A stretch of 64,000 bases of DNA from an uncultured delta proteobacterium (GCA_963724765.1 CAVRVY010000004.1:512001-576000); one strand, 5' to 3'. Positions 32,120 to 41,958 are shown, counted from the first letter of the stretch. Notes: generated by a model from the letters alone, not told the origin. Program-made: numbers and translations.

Positions 32120-35100
32120 TTAGCCGCCGAGTTCGCCGAGTAACGCCTTCGCCTCCCTCAGATCGGCAGTGTCGAAACCCTCGGTGAACCACTCGTAGGT
32201 TGCGGCCAGCATCGCTCGCGCCTCATCGCGCCGGCCCTGCTTTTGGATCAAGCGGGCGAGGCTCGTGGTAGCGCACAATTCCAGCGACTTGGCCCCCTGG
32301 CGACGCGCGATCTCGACCGCGCCGCATAAAGAACGCTCGGCCTCTTTTAAGCTGGGCTCCGCCTGAGCGAGCAGCACCTCTCCTCTCACGCGATGAACTG
32401 TGGACTCGTAGGCGCGGTACTCCGACTGATAGAGGCCGGCGACCGCCCGCTCCGCACTTTTGAGTGCCCTAACGGCCTGACCCGCACCAGCGTACGCCAG
32501 CGCCATAAACATGTCAGCGCCGGGAGCGTTGCGAAGGGCCTCGATCGCCTCCTCGAACCGTCTTTCCAGGAGCAAAGCACGCCCTTGAAGCTCGTTCGCA
32601 TGTTCGTGGAAATGGGGATGGAGACCATAACGGTTAACGATTGCCAACAACTGGTCGACGCGCCGCCTCACGGCCTCAGACTCTCTGCAGTTGGCATGCA
32701 TACGAGCAGTAAAGATCAGGGCGTGGGCATGGATCAGCGGCTCGGCTTCTCGCGCCAGAGTCAGCGCCTCTTCACTTCTGCGCCGGGCCTGATCCGGAAA
32801 ACCGAGGAACCAGAGGATCTCAGGCGCCCGGTAGGCTGAGTAACCCCACAGTCCTCGGAGTTGCAGCGGCGTGTAGCCGCCGCAGTCGTTGGTCCCAGCA
32901 GGCGCAGACAAAAGGGAGCCTGCTTTTTCGAGATTTTCACGGCCTCCGCAAACTCGCCCAACTCGATCAGAACATCGCCGAGACCGGCGTAAGCGCTCGC
33001 CTGCTGAATGGGATCCCCCGTTCGCCCTGCGATCGCCAGATGCTCCTCGGCCACCGCGCGCGCCCCGAGCAGCTCGAACCGGTTGAGGTGATATTGCTTG
33101 AGTGCAGACAGCGCGCGCATCAACTCACGACGGTTGCCGGTCTGGCGCGACAGCTCGCCAAGTCGAGTGAACGCTGCGGCCACTTCTTCGTCTTGCCATC
33201 CCCTGATTGGTGCGAGCGTCCAGCCGAGACGATGCAGCCAGAAGATCTCCTGCTCGGTCCGTTCGGCTCCCTCCTTCAGCGTCTGGAGCAGTTCCAGCGC
33301 GCTCTTTTCATAACCGAGCACCTGCTCATACGCCCCCACCGCATATCCCTGCTCCGTGGCCAGCCGCAGGTAGTGCAGCGCGTTGCCGGCATCGCCGGCG
33401 CCAGTGTTGTGGCGAATCAACTCACTGTAATGATCGCTCAGCCGGTCGCAGTAGAGCGCTTCGAGCGCTTCGGCAACTTTACAGTGCATGCGCCTGCGGC
33501 GCTCGATAAGTATCGTGTTGTAGGCCACATCCTGGGTCAGCGCGTGCTTGAAGCTATACTCAGCCGCGGCCGCCGTGGCCCGCTCGTAGATAAACTCGCA
33601 GCCCTGCAGGCTGCGCAACATCGCCGCCAACTCTTCATGTGGCCTCCCAGTCATCTGCCTGATAAGGCTGAACGCGAAATCCTTTCCGATCACTGCCAGG
33701 GTTTGCAGTAGTTCCTTGTCGGCTGCTCCGAGCGCGTCGATGCGCGCGGCGAGCATGCCTTGTACGGTGGGCGGAATCCTAACGTGCGCCAGTGGCTTGA
33801 CGAGCTTGACTGCGCCATCGCGCTCGATCACGCCCTGCTCGAAGAGCGCCTGCACGATTTCCTCGGTGAAGAAGGGATTGCCCTCGGTCTCCGCGACTAC
33901 CAGCCGCTTGAGTGACTGTAGGCTCGGATCTTCACCCAACAGCGCGTCGAGCATTTCGCGGGCGCTCTCTGCGCCAAGCGGGCCGAGGCGCAGTTGTGTG
34001 TAGTAACTGCGGTTACCCCAAGGGTGGCTATACTCAGGTCGGTAGTTGACCAGCAACAAGACGCGAGCAATCACGATACCGTCCACCAGCGTCTCCAGGA
34101 ATCTCTGGGTCTCCTCGTCGATCCAGTGCAGGTCCTCGAAGATCACCACCAGCGGCTGGTTGAGGCTGTCGCGCAGCACGAGGCGCTTGAGCGCTTCGTG
34201 CGTGCGCCGCCGCCGCACCTGTGCGTCCATCGTTGCCAACTCGACGCCCGCCCTGGCGTCGCCTAACAGGCTCAGCAGGTAGGGAAGCGTATCCGCGAGC
34301 GCCGGCTCGAGTGAGCTCATCCCGGTTTCGACCTTCTCGCGCCGGCGTTCCTTATTGTCTTCGGTGGCCAGCGCGAAGCAACCCTTTAACAGCTCGATGA
34401 CCGGCAGCCAGGGCGAAGTTTTGCTGTGGGAAACCGCGTGTGCCTCCAGCACCTTGCAGTGTCCTGGCAACCCTGCCTTGAACTCATGGATGAGACGCGA
34501 CTTGCCCGCGCCCGGCTCGCCCACCGCTGCGACCACCTGACCGTGACCTGCGATCGCGAGTTGGAGCGCCCGCTGCATCTGCGCAAGCTCGCTCTCGCGC
34601 CCGACGAACTTTGTCAGCCCGCGCCGCGCCGAGCGATGGAAGCGCGATAGCAACGGCCCGGCGCACACTACCTCATATACCTCGACCTCCTCGCCGACGC
34701 CCTTGACTTGCGCCTTACCGAGCGATCTGAAGTCGAAATAGCCTTCGCACAGCCGGCGAGTAGCCTCGCTGACTGCGATTGAGCCCACTGGCGCTAGCGT
34801 CTGCATCCGCGCCGCCAGATTCGCCGTGTGTCCGATCGGGGTGTACTCGACATGTTCACCGGCTTGTATCGAGCGAACCACCACCTCTCCGGTGTTCACT
34901 CCAACCCGCGCCTCGACCAAAGTTTTGCCCTCGCCGCGCAGACCTTCGGCATGGCGATGTAGCTCCTCCTGCATCGCCAGCGCCGCGCGAAGTGCACGCT
35001 GGGGATGGTCCTCGTGCGCGACGGGTGCGCCAAACAGCGCAAACACTCCGTCACCGGTGGACTGCACGATATGACCGTCGAAGCGGCGGACCGACTCGAT

Positions 35101-35415
35101 CATCAGGTTTAGCGCGGGATCGACGATCGCGCGCGCCTCCTCCGAATCGAGGTCGCGCTCCAGTTCGGTAGAGCCCTTGATGTCGGCAAACAGCGCGGTA
35201 ACCATCTTGCGCTCGCCCTCGGGCAGCGCGGCGGGCACGGGCGAAGATGCGGCGGTATCGCCGGCACTCAGCGTCGCGCCGCATTCTCCGCAGAATTTGA
35301 ACTGAGCCGGATTCTCAGTGCCGCATTTCGTGCAGCGGTTCATGACACGAGCGCCACAGCGCCCGCAGAACTTCATCTCCGGCGGAGTTTCGTACTCGCA
35401 GCTTGGACAGCGCAT
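32120..35415 (-). pseudogene. Second DZR-cyclase-STAND-TPR gene, frameshifted near 32941
   Basis: ORF 32761-35415 carries DZR, cyclase and NTPase; the C-terminal [11 protein letters not shown] lies in another frame (32120-~32940); adding one C restores GEFAEARENLEKA. Confidence 0.8.
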
Positions 35416-35571
35416 TTGTGGCACGCCTGTTTGGCCCAGAGCACTTCGCTACCTAATATCAATCACGCTCAGCTACGGATACCTTGCTCTCCGCCGCTGC
35501 CGCGGGCCAGCTTCCGCGCGCGTGGGCGATCCTTTAGAATTCGCGTAGAATCTGCGTACGGAGGGCGAGAC

Positions 35572-36513
35572 GTGCGAGCATTGGTGACCGGCGGCGCGGG
35601 GTTTCTCGGATCGCACCTGTGCGAGCGGCTGCTGCGCGACGGGCACGACGTCATCTGCCTGGACAACTTTTTCAGCGGCAAGCGCGCCAACATCCAGCAT
35701 CTCCAGGGCCATCCGGGCTTCGAGTTCATCCGCCACGACATCGTCGAGCCCATCCTGCTCGAGGTCGACCGCATCTTTCATCTCGCCTGCCCCGCCTCGC
35801 CGGTGCACTACCAGTACAACCCGGTCAAAACCATCAAGACCAGCGTGATGGGCACGATCAACATGCTGGGGCTGGCCAAGCGCGTGCGCGCGCGGATGCT
35901 GTTGACCTCGACCAGCGAAGTCTACGGCGATCCTGAGCAGCATCCGCAGACCGAAAGTTATTGGGGCCACGTCAATCCGATCGGCGTGCGCTCCTGCTAC
36001 GACGAGGGCAAGCGGGTGGCCGAGTGCCTGATGATGGACTATCACCGCCAGAACAACGTCGACATCCGTATCGTGCGCATCTTCAACACTTACGGGCCGC
36101 GCATGGCGATCAACGACGGCCGGGTGGTGTCGAACTTCTGCGTGGCGGCGCTGCGCGGCGAGGAACTACCGATCTATGGCGACGGCAAGCAGACCCGGTC
36201 ATTCGCCTACGTCGACGACATTATCGAGGCGCTAGCGAGGATGATGAACGCGGAGGGGCTCACCGGGCCGGTCAATATCGGCAATCCCGACGAATTCACT
36301 ATCCTTGAGCTCGCCTCGCTCGCGATCGAACTGTCGCGCAGCGGTTCGAAACTCGCGTACCATCCCGCGCGGCCCGACGACCCGGTGCGCCGCCGCCCGG
36401 ATATCAGTCTTGCCAAGGCGAGCCTGGAATGGATGCCGAAGATTTCGCTGCGCCAGGGCCTCGCGATGACGGTTGAGCACTTTCGCAAGGAACTCGGCCT
36501 CGTATCCACCTAA
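35572..36513 (+). CDS. UDP-glucuronate decarboxylase (UDP-xylose synthase family)
   Basis: [53 protein letters not shown]; GTG start after GGAGG. Confidence 0.93.
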   Translation: MRALVTGGAGFLGSHLCERLLRDGHDVICLDNFFSGKRANIQHLQGHPGFEFIRHDIVEPILLEVDRIFHLACPASPVHYQYNPVKTIKTSVMGTINMLGLAKRVRARMLLTSTSEVYGDPEQHPQTESYWGHVNPIGVRSCYDEGKRVAECLMMDYHRQNNVDIRIVRIFNTYGPRMAINDGRVVSNFCVAALRGEELPIYGDGKQTRSFAYVDDIIEALARMMNAEGLTGPVNIGNPDEFTILELASLAIELSRSGSKLAYHPARPDDPVRRRPDISLAKASLEWMPKISLRQGLAMTVEHFRKELGLVST

Positions 36514-36555
36514 GGAGCCGGTCTCGATTTTTCTGCAGAGACGGAGGAGCTGAAC

Positions 36556-37344
36556 TTGGCAACCGCGCTAATCACCGGAGCCTCGAGCGGGCTCGGCGAG
36601 CAGTTCGCCTACGCGCTCGGGAGGGAGCATTACGACCTCGTATTGGCGGCGCGGCGCGAGGATCGCCTGGCCGCCGTCGCCGGCCGCGCTCGCACCGCGG
36701 GAGCCGGCGCGGTGCGCACCATTCGCGCCGATCTCGTGCAGCACGAGACGCCCGCCGCGCTGTATCAGCAACTCACTACCGATGGCGTCCAGGTTGACTA
36801 TCTGGTCAACAATGCCGGCTTCGGCACCAGCGGAAGGTTCCATCATCTGCCGCTGGAGCGCGAGCTCGAAGAGATCGAACTCAACGTGACCTCGCTGGTG
36901 GCGCTGACGCGGCTCTTTGTGCCCGCGATGATCGAGCGGCGGCGCGGGACTGTAATCAACGTCGCCTCGACCGCGGCCTTCCAGGCCACGCCCTACATGG
37001 CGACTTACGGCGCAACCAAGGCCTTCGTGCTGAGCTTCAGCGAGGCGGTGGCGGCAGAACTGAGAGGGACGGGCGTGACCGTGATGGCCCTGTGTCCAGG
37101 ACCGGTGCGCACCGAGTTTCAGAAGATCGCAAACAACGAGCGGATGCGCTTTCCGTCCTTCATATGGACCGAGGCGGACCGGGTGGTCAACGAAGCGATC
37201 GCCGCTGCCGCCAGCGGCCGTTCGCTGTGCGTGGCAGGAGCGATCAACAACGCGATGGCGATCGCGACCAGGTTTACTCCGCGCGCTCTCGCGGCCTATA
37301 TCAGCAGTACGTTGCTGAGGCCGTCCTCAGTGGAAGATAAATAG
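36556..37344 (+). CDS. Short-chain dehydrogenase (DltE-like)
   Basis: TGASSGLG, NNAGFG, YGATKAF, LCPGPVRTEF. Confidence 0.9.
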   Translation: MATALITGASSGLGEQFAYALGREHYDLVLAARREDRLAAVAGRARTAGAGAVRTIRADLVQHETPAALYQQLTTDGVQVDYLVNNAGFGTSGRFHHLPLERELEEIELNVTSLVALTRLFVPAMIERRRGTVINVASTAAFQATPYMATYGATKAFVLSFSEAVAAELRGTGVTVMALCPGPVRTEFQKIANNERMRFPSFIWTEADRVVNEAIAAAASGRSLCVAGAINNAMAIATRFTPRALAAYISSTLLRPSSVEDK

Positions 37345-37349
37345 AGGAG

Positions 37350-37377
37350 GCTACGCGCCTGCGTACAGGCGCGTAGC
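37350..37377. other. Perfect 12-bp hairpin after SDR stop
   Basis: GCTACGCGCCTG-CGTA-CAGGCGCGTAGC; no U-tract. Confidence 0.7.
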
Positions 37378-37386
37378 ATTGCTCCA

Positions 37387-37430
37387 GACTGCCCGACTTG
37401 CCTGAGTTGCCGGACTTGCCGGACTTGCCT
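37387..37430 (+). repeat. 9-bp tandem repeat, about 5 copies (GACTTGCCK)
   Basis: GACTGCCC GACTTGCCT GAGTTGCCG GACTTGCCG GACTTGCCT. Confidence 0.85.
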
Positions 37431-37458
37431 GGATTTCCGTAGCCAAGGAGAAAAAGAG

Positions 37459-37758
37459 ATGTCGGTTACATTGATCGCAAGAATCAAAGCCAAGCAGGGA
37501 TCCGAGAAAGAACTCGAGGATGCCTTCCGCGACATGATCAAGAAAGTGCGTGCGGCCGAGCCTGGTTGCCTCACCTATGTCCTGCATAAATCCAATCAGG
37601 ACCCGACCATGTTTGTATGGTACGAGACCTACACCGATCAGGCGGCCTTCGATGCGCATCGCAAGACCGACCACATGAAGGAGATGGGCGGGCGGATCGC
37701 CAATCTACTGGCCGAGAAGCCGCAACTTGAAGTGCTAACGGAACTGGACCGCAAGTAG
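37459..37758 (+). CDS. ABM-domain (putative quinol monooxygenase) protein
   Basis: IKAKQG..EPGCLTY.LH..F.WYETY.DQAAFDAH..TDH; AAGGAG RBS. Confidence 0.9.
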   Translation: MSVTLIARIKAKQGSEKELEDAFRDMIKKVRAAEPGCLTYVLHKSNQDPTMFVWYETYTDQAAFDAHRKTDHMKEMGGRIANLLAEKPQLEVLTELDRK

Positions 37759-37969
37759 GCGCGGCCGCGCCGCGCCTACTTGCGGTCCGCGCGACGCGGC
37801 GGTTGCTGGCCGTCTGCGCGTGGCGTGTTGCGCCCGCAACACGCCACGCGCAGACCGGATGCCCCGGCCGCTGCGGATTGCGGCTCCGCCGCAAATCCGC
37901 AGCGGCCGCTAGCCGCACTTCGAGCGCGAGGGTGTGGCGCGGCGATGCCGCCGCGCCACACCCTCGCGC
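37746..37969. repeat. Array of four long inverted repeats (20-21 bp stems)
   Basis: 37746-37788 (20 bp perfect), 37812-37855 (21 bp perfect), 37865-37908 (20 bp, one bulge), 37924-37969 (21 bp perfect). Confidence 0.92.
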
Positions 37970-38000
37970 ATCAGCCAGCGCCACGACGGAGCTGTTGACG

Positions 38001-39005
38001 ATGCCGCGAACCATCCTGATGGGCGACCCCACCTACTTCTCGGTGCTCGGGGGGGCCAATCCGCACACGCGCAATGTGCTCGGCATCCGGAAATCCGTCA
38101 ACGCCGACCGCGCACGCACGCAATGGCACGGACTTGCCCGCGCACTTATCGCGCACGGCGCCAAGGTTTGTGTGATCGAGCCGCATCAGGGAATGAGCGG
38201 CCTCGTCTATCCCGCCAACGCCGGCTTTTTGTACCCGCTCGCCGACAGGCCCGGCAACGCCAAGGTCTTTTATCTCGCCCACTTGGTCCCGACGCGCGCT
38301 CGCGAGCGCGAGGTCTACCGGCCGTTGCTCGAGGCGATGGGCTATCGATGCGTCGAAATTGCCGCGCGCTTCGAGGGCGAGGCCGACTTCTTTCCTGCCG
38401 CGGATTTCATGCTTTTCACTCACGGACGCGTCGAGCGCCAGCGCTTCGTGCCGCGGCTGGGAATTCCGCCGTGGCGACGCGTGTATGGCTTCCGTTCGGA
38501 TTCAGGCGCAGCGGAGGAACTAGGCCGCATCGTGAATGACCGTCCGATATTAACGCTGGAGCTATGCCTGGAGGCGCACTATCACGGTGACACCGTACTC
38601 TGCTCGTTCGGCCCCCGGCGCGAGTTTCTGCTTGCTTATATGGAGGGACTGACCGCGCCGTCGCGAGAGCGTTTGCGCCTCGAGTTTCGCGGCAACCTGA
38701 TCGAGTTGGTGGAATCCGACGCCGCGCTATACGCCGCGAACTCGTTCCAGGTGGATTTCGAGGGCAAGCTTTACCTGTTCATGCCGCAAGGCGTGAGCGG
38801 CGCGCTGCTCGCCCAGGTGCGCGAGCGCGGGATTGAGCCGGCGCTGGTCGATGTGAGCGAATTCCTGGCCAAGGGGGGCGGGTCGGTGAAGTGCATGATC
38901 CTCGATCTGGGACCGAGCAACGAACAGCCCGACGAGCCGGGCGCGGTCGAGTCGCGCGCCGAGAGATCGTACGAGCTTCTATTTCCCAATCCATCGCCGC
39001 AGTAA
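38001..39005 (+). CDS. Pentein / amidinotransferase-superfamily hydrolase
   Basis: PANAG, FEGEAD, YHGDT, SEFLAKGGGSVKCM (catalytic His/Cys pattern). Confidence 0.82.
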   Translation: MPRTILMGDPTYFSVLGGANPHTRNVLGIRKSVNADRARTQWHGLARALIAHGAKVCVIEPHQGMSGLVYPANAGFLYPLADRPGNAKVFYLAHLVPTRAREREVYRPLLEAMGYRCVEIAARFEGEADFFPAADFMLFTHGRVERQRFVPRLGIPPWRRVYGFRSDSGAAEELGRIVNDRPILTLELCLEAHYHGDTVLCSFGPRREFLLAYMEGLTAPSRERLRLEFRGNLIELVESDAALYAANSFQVDFEGKLYLFMPQGVSGALLAQVRERGIEPALVDVSEFLAKGGGSVKCMILDLGPSNEQPDEPGAVESRAERSYELLFPNPSPQ

Positions 39006-39058
39006 GGCAGCGCGGAAGCGACGACGGCGCAGCCGCGGGGCGTGAATGGGCAGAATAA

Positions 39059-39570
39059 TCAACGCTCGATTACGCCCTCGCGCGAGATATCGAGCCGCAG
39101 CGGATCCATCCGCGCAAGCTCGCCAGGATGGGCCCGTAAATAGTCGGCGCTGAAGGTGCCCGCGAGATCATCGATCATCTCCGCGGCTGCGACCCGCGCG
39201 AACCCGAAGCGGAGCATATATTCCTCGCCGCGACGGCCGAGCGCATAAAGCCGCCGCGCACCCCGCGTATGCGCCGCCTTGCGCGCGGCGTTGACCAGCG
39301 CAGCGCCGATCCCGCGCCGGCGCTTCGCCTCGGCCACCGCGAGCGAGCGTATCACGGCCGCATCCACGACCGTCTCGACCCCCACGATACCGACGATACC
39401 GGCGATCGCGTCGCCCATCGATGCGGCAATCCAGCATGCGCCGGGCGCGTCGAGGCCGCCCGCGATGATGCCGGCGGATTCGCCGGCCGCAGAGAGCATC
39501 GCTTGCGCGGAGGCAAGGTCGGCGGTCTGCGCGACGTAGAGTTCGCCGGGCGCGCGACGGCGTCGCGCGG
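39059..39570 (-). CDS. GNAT-family N-acetyltransferase (start codon ambiguous)
   Basis: IRSLAV...RRRGIGAALV acetyl-CoA motif, Y.LRFGF; in-frame ATGs only at 39643 (inside the ferredoxin gene) and 39499. Confidence 0.75.
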
Positions 39571-39804
39571 CTACTTTTTGGCTGGCGGAAATAGCTGCGT
39601 CCCGGTCTCTTCGTCGACCACGGCTATCGCCTTGACGGGACATGCGCGCGCCGCCGCCATGATAGCCGCGTCAGGCGCTCCGGTCGGATTGTGGACCTCC
39701 GACTTACCCGCGTCGTCGAGCCGGAAGACTCCCGGCGCCGATTCGACACAGTCTTCGCTGGAGATACATTTCACCTGGTTAACGGCAATCTTGAGCTTCG
39801 CCAT
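39571..39804 (-). CDS. Single-cluster (3Fe-4S-type) ferredoxin
   Basis: CISSEDC...APGVF...AARACPVKAI; GGAG RBS. Confidence 0.88.
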   Translation of the reverse strand: MAKLKIAVNQVKCISSEDCVESAPGVFRLDDAGKSEVHNPTGAPDAAIMAAARACPVKAIAVVDEETGTQLFPPAKK

Positions 39805-40047
39805 CTGGTTCTCCTGCCGGCCAATCCTGTCGGCCTGTCTGCCGGCCGATACTGCATGAACAATAGAATCGCGCGCGGGTTAATCGCAAGTTTCACCAAT
39901 ATTCCCGACGCGGCTCCGATGTCGCCGCTTAAGCCACTGTGCAGTACGAGTCCGTGGCCTCGCGTGCGAACCTGCGGCGGATGCTGCGTTCGCTGCTCTT
40001 CGCCGGTTCTTTCTTCGCCCGTTCGCGCCGTCTAAGATTGCGGCGGG

Positions 40048-40437
40048 ATGGGAATTGTCGGCACCGGGATCGACATGATCGAAGTCGAACGCGTCGAGCG
40101 TGCGCTCACCCGCCCGCGCACCGGCGAGCGCTTCCGCGACCGCGTGTATACCGAACGCGAGGTCGCTTACTGCGAATCGCGCGGACGGCCGCGCTACCAG
40201 AGCTACGCCGCGCGCTTCGCCGCCAAGGAGGCGGCGATGAAGGCGATGGGCACCGGATGGAACCGCAACGTGGGCTGGCGCGAGATCGAAGTGGTGCGCG
40301 AACGCGGCCAGGCGCCAACGATTGTGCTCTCGGGCAAGGCGGCCGACTATGCGCGCCGCAAGCGCATCACAGCCTTCCACCTGAGCCTCACGCACACGGC
40401 GGCGGACGCGATGGCGTACGTGATCGCCGAGGGCTGA
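40048..40437 (+). CDS. acpS: Holo-ACP synthase
   Basis: GTGIDMIE, ARFAAKEA.MKAMGTG, W.EIEV, HLSLTH. Confidence 0.95.
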   Translation: MGIVGTGIDMIEVERVERALTRPRTGERFRDRVYTEREVAYCESRGRPRYQSYAARFAAKEAAMKAMGTGWNRNVGWREIEVVRERGQAPTIVLSGKAADYARRKRITAFHLSLTHTAADAMAYVIAEG

Positions 40438-40464
40438 ACCGCGCCGGCGCGCGGGCGATGCGCG

Positions 40465-41925
40465 TTATTTTTTCGGGGGCGCCGGCGTCGCGAGCGGCTG
40501 GGTCATCTGGAACTGATCCGCGCTCATGTCGAACTGGCTGAAGTCGGACTCGCGCAGGCTGTAGGCCGCGGTACCGGCGCTCGAGGTCGCGTAGTTTTCA
40601 ACCCGCATCACGGTCCGCTCAGTCTTGGGCTTTGCCTGTGCCGAATCGTCATCCGGCGTAGGCGTCGGCGGCACCTGGACCTTGTTCTGGATCTGGGCGA
40701 GCTTGACCGTGCCAATTTGCTTGTCGTCCTTGCCGAAGACCACGATCTGCTCGGTGGGCTTGTCGAGCGCGAACCTCTGCGGATCGGTAATCGGATCCTG
40801 GACGATCTTCTCGCCCTTGAGATTCGCCAGTTCGTCGAGGAAGGTCTGCACCGCCTGCCCGTTGGCGGGCGAAGTTTTGGCCCCGTCCGTCACCTGCCAC
40901 TTGCCGGTCGCGCCGCGCGAGAGCGTGAATTGCTTGCCGTGGTTTTCGATCTCCAGCCGCCCGATCTTCAGCGGGTCGAAGCCCATCACGGTCTTGTCGC
41001 GCAAATCGAGCAGCCCCAGGTTGACCTTGCCGACCAGCGCATCTTCGACGGTGTAAACCGAAGGCTCGCCGCCGCGTTTGACGTAGACCGCCTTCTTCGA
41101 GGCCTGCGGCTGCTCCAGCCCGATGAGCAGCGCGTGCTCGGTCTTGTCTTTGCTGCTATACACGGTCACTTCGATCTGCGGATTCTTGAGCCCGTACTGG
41201 CCGAGGTCCGTGGGCGCGTCGGTCACAAAGTCGTTGATACGCGCGTCGACCAGCGTCGTCAGGATCTGCGCGATCGTGTCGGAGTCGGCGGTATAGTGCC
41301 CCGGCGCGACGATCCGCCACTGCCCGCCCTGCTTGTCGATTTCGATCGGCTTGTTGGCTCCGCTGCGCAGCACGATCTGCTCGGCGTCGTCCATGTTGAA
41401 GGTCATCAGTTCGTGCGAGCGCAGGTCGTTGACCTTCTTGCTGGTCGCGCTCAGGAAGTCGCTGGTGGTCATCAGCACCGCCGGCCTGTCGGCGAGCTTG
41501 ACGTAGACGCCGCTGCTAACCGGGCTGACACGACCGACCAGCAACGCCGGGAGGACGCCCTTGTCGTCGGTAGTTACGGTCAGTATCACCGCGGGTTTAT
41601 CGAGGCCGAAGGGCCTCAGGCTATCGGGCTTCTCCTCGATGGTCCTGGTGAGCTGGGCATTGGCGATGGTTTCGGTCAGGCCGTCGACGGAACTCTGGTC
41701 GCCATCGGTCTTGATCGGCTTGAGGATCTGCCAGGTGTGATTGGGATTGCGCACCAGCTCGAGTTCGCTGTCGGGGTAGCGCAGGTCGATGCCGCTGATG
41801 TGCTTGGAGTCGAGCTTGAGCAGGGTCGGCGGCGGCACCGGGCGCGAGCCGAGCAGGATGATGAGCGAATAGCCGCCCAACAGCGCCAGCAGGATCAGAA
41901 CGATGATCGTATTACGCAGACGCAT
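40465..41925 (-). CDS. DUF4340-domain membrane-anchored protein (repeated domain)
   Basis: N-terminal TM; repeated W.I..P, FGLDKP/YGLKNP/FALDKP, VYVK, DLR motifs; follows a GldG-like gene. Confidence 0.78.
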   Translation of the reverse strand: MRLRNTIIVLILLALLGGYSLIILLGSRPVPPPTLLKLDSKHISGIDLRYPDSELELVRNPNHTWQILKPIKTDGDQSSVDGLTETIANAQLTRTIEEKPDSLRPFGLDKPAVILTVTTDDKGVLPALLVGRVSPVSSGVYVKLADRPAVLMTTSDFLSATSKKVNDLRSHELMTFNMDDAEQIVLRSGANKPIEIDKQGGQWRIVAPGHYTADSDTIAQILTTLVDARINDFVTDAPTDLGQYGLKNPQIEVTVYSSKDKTEHALLIGLEQPQASKKAVYVKRGGEPSVYTVEDALVGKVNLGLLDLRDKTVMGFDPLKIGRLEIENHGKQFTLSRGATGKWQVTDGAKTSPANGQAVQTFLDELANLKGEKIVQDPITDPQRFALDKPTEQIVVFGKDDKQIGTVKLAQIQNKVQVPPTPTPDDDSAQAKPKTERTVMRVENYATSSAGTAAYSLRESDFSQFDMSADQFQMTQPLATPAPPKK

Positions 41926-41958
41926 CGGAGAACGCGGACCAAAGCTCCAGTCGCGGCG

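Noticed and set aside
37746-37969. CRISPR array or guanidine-II riboswitch upstream of the pentein gene
   Set aside because: The units are not direct repeats and no cas genes are present. Loops are CGC/CC/TCC/ATGC rather than ACGR tetraloops, and the stems are far longer.
37803-38000. N-terminal extension of the pentein ORF
   Set aside because: The frame is open only because the palindromes are GC-rich; homology-like sequence starts at ATG 38001 after GGAG.
39384-39401. 9-bp in-frame duplication (GIVGIV) in the GNAT gene
   Set aside because: Real but trivial slippage with no evident consequence.
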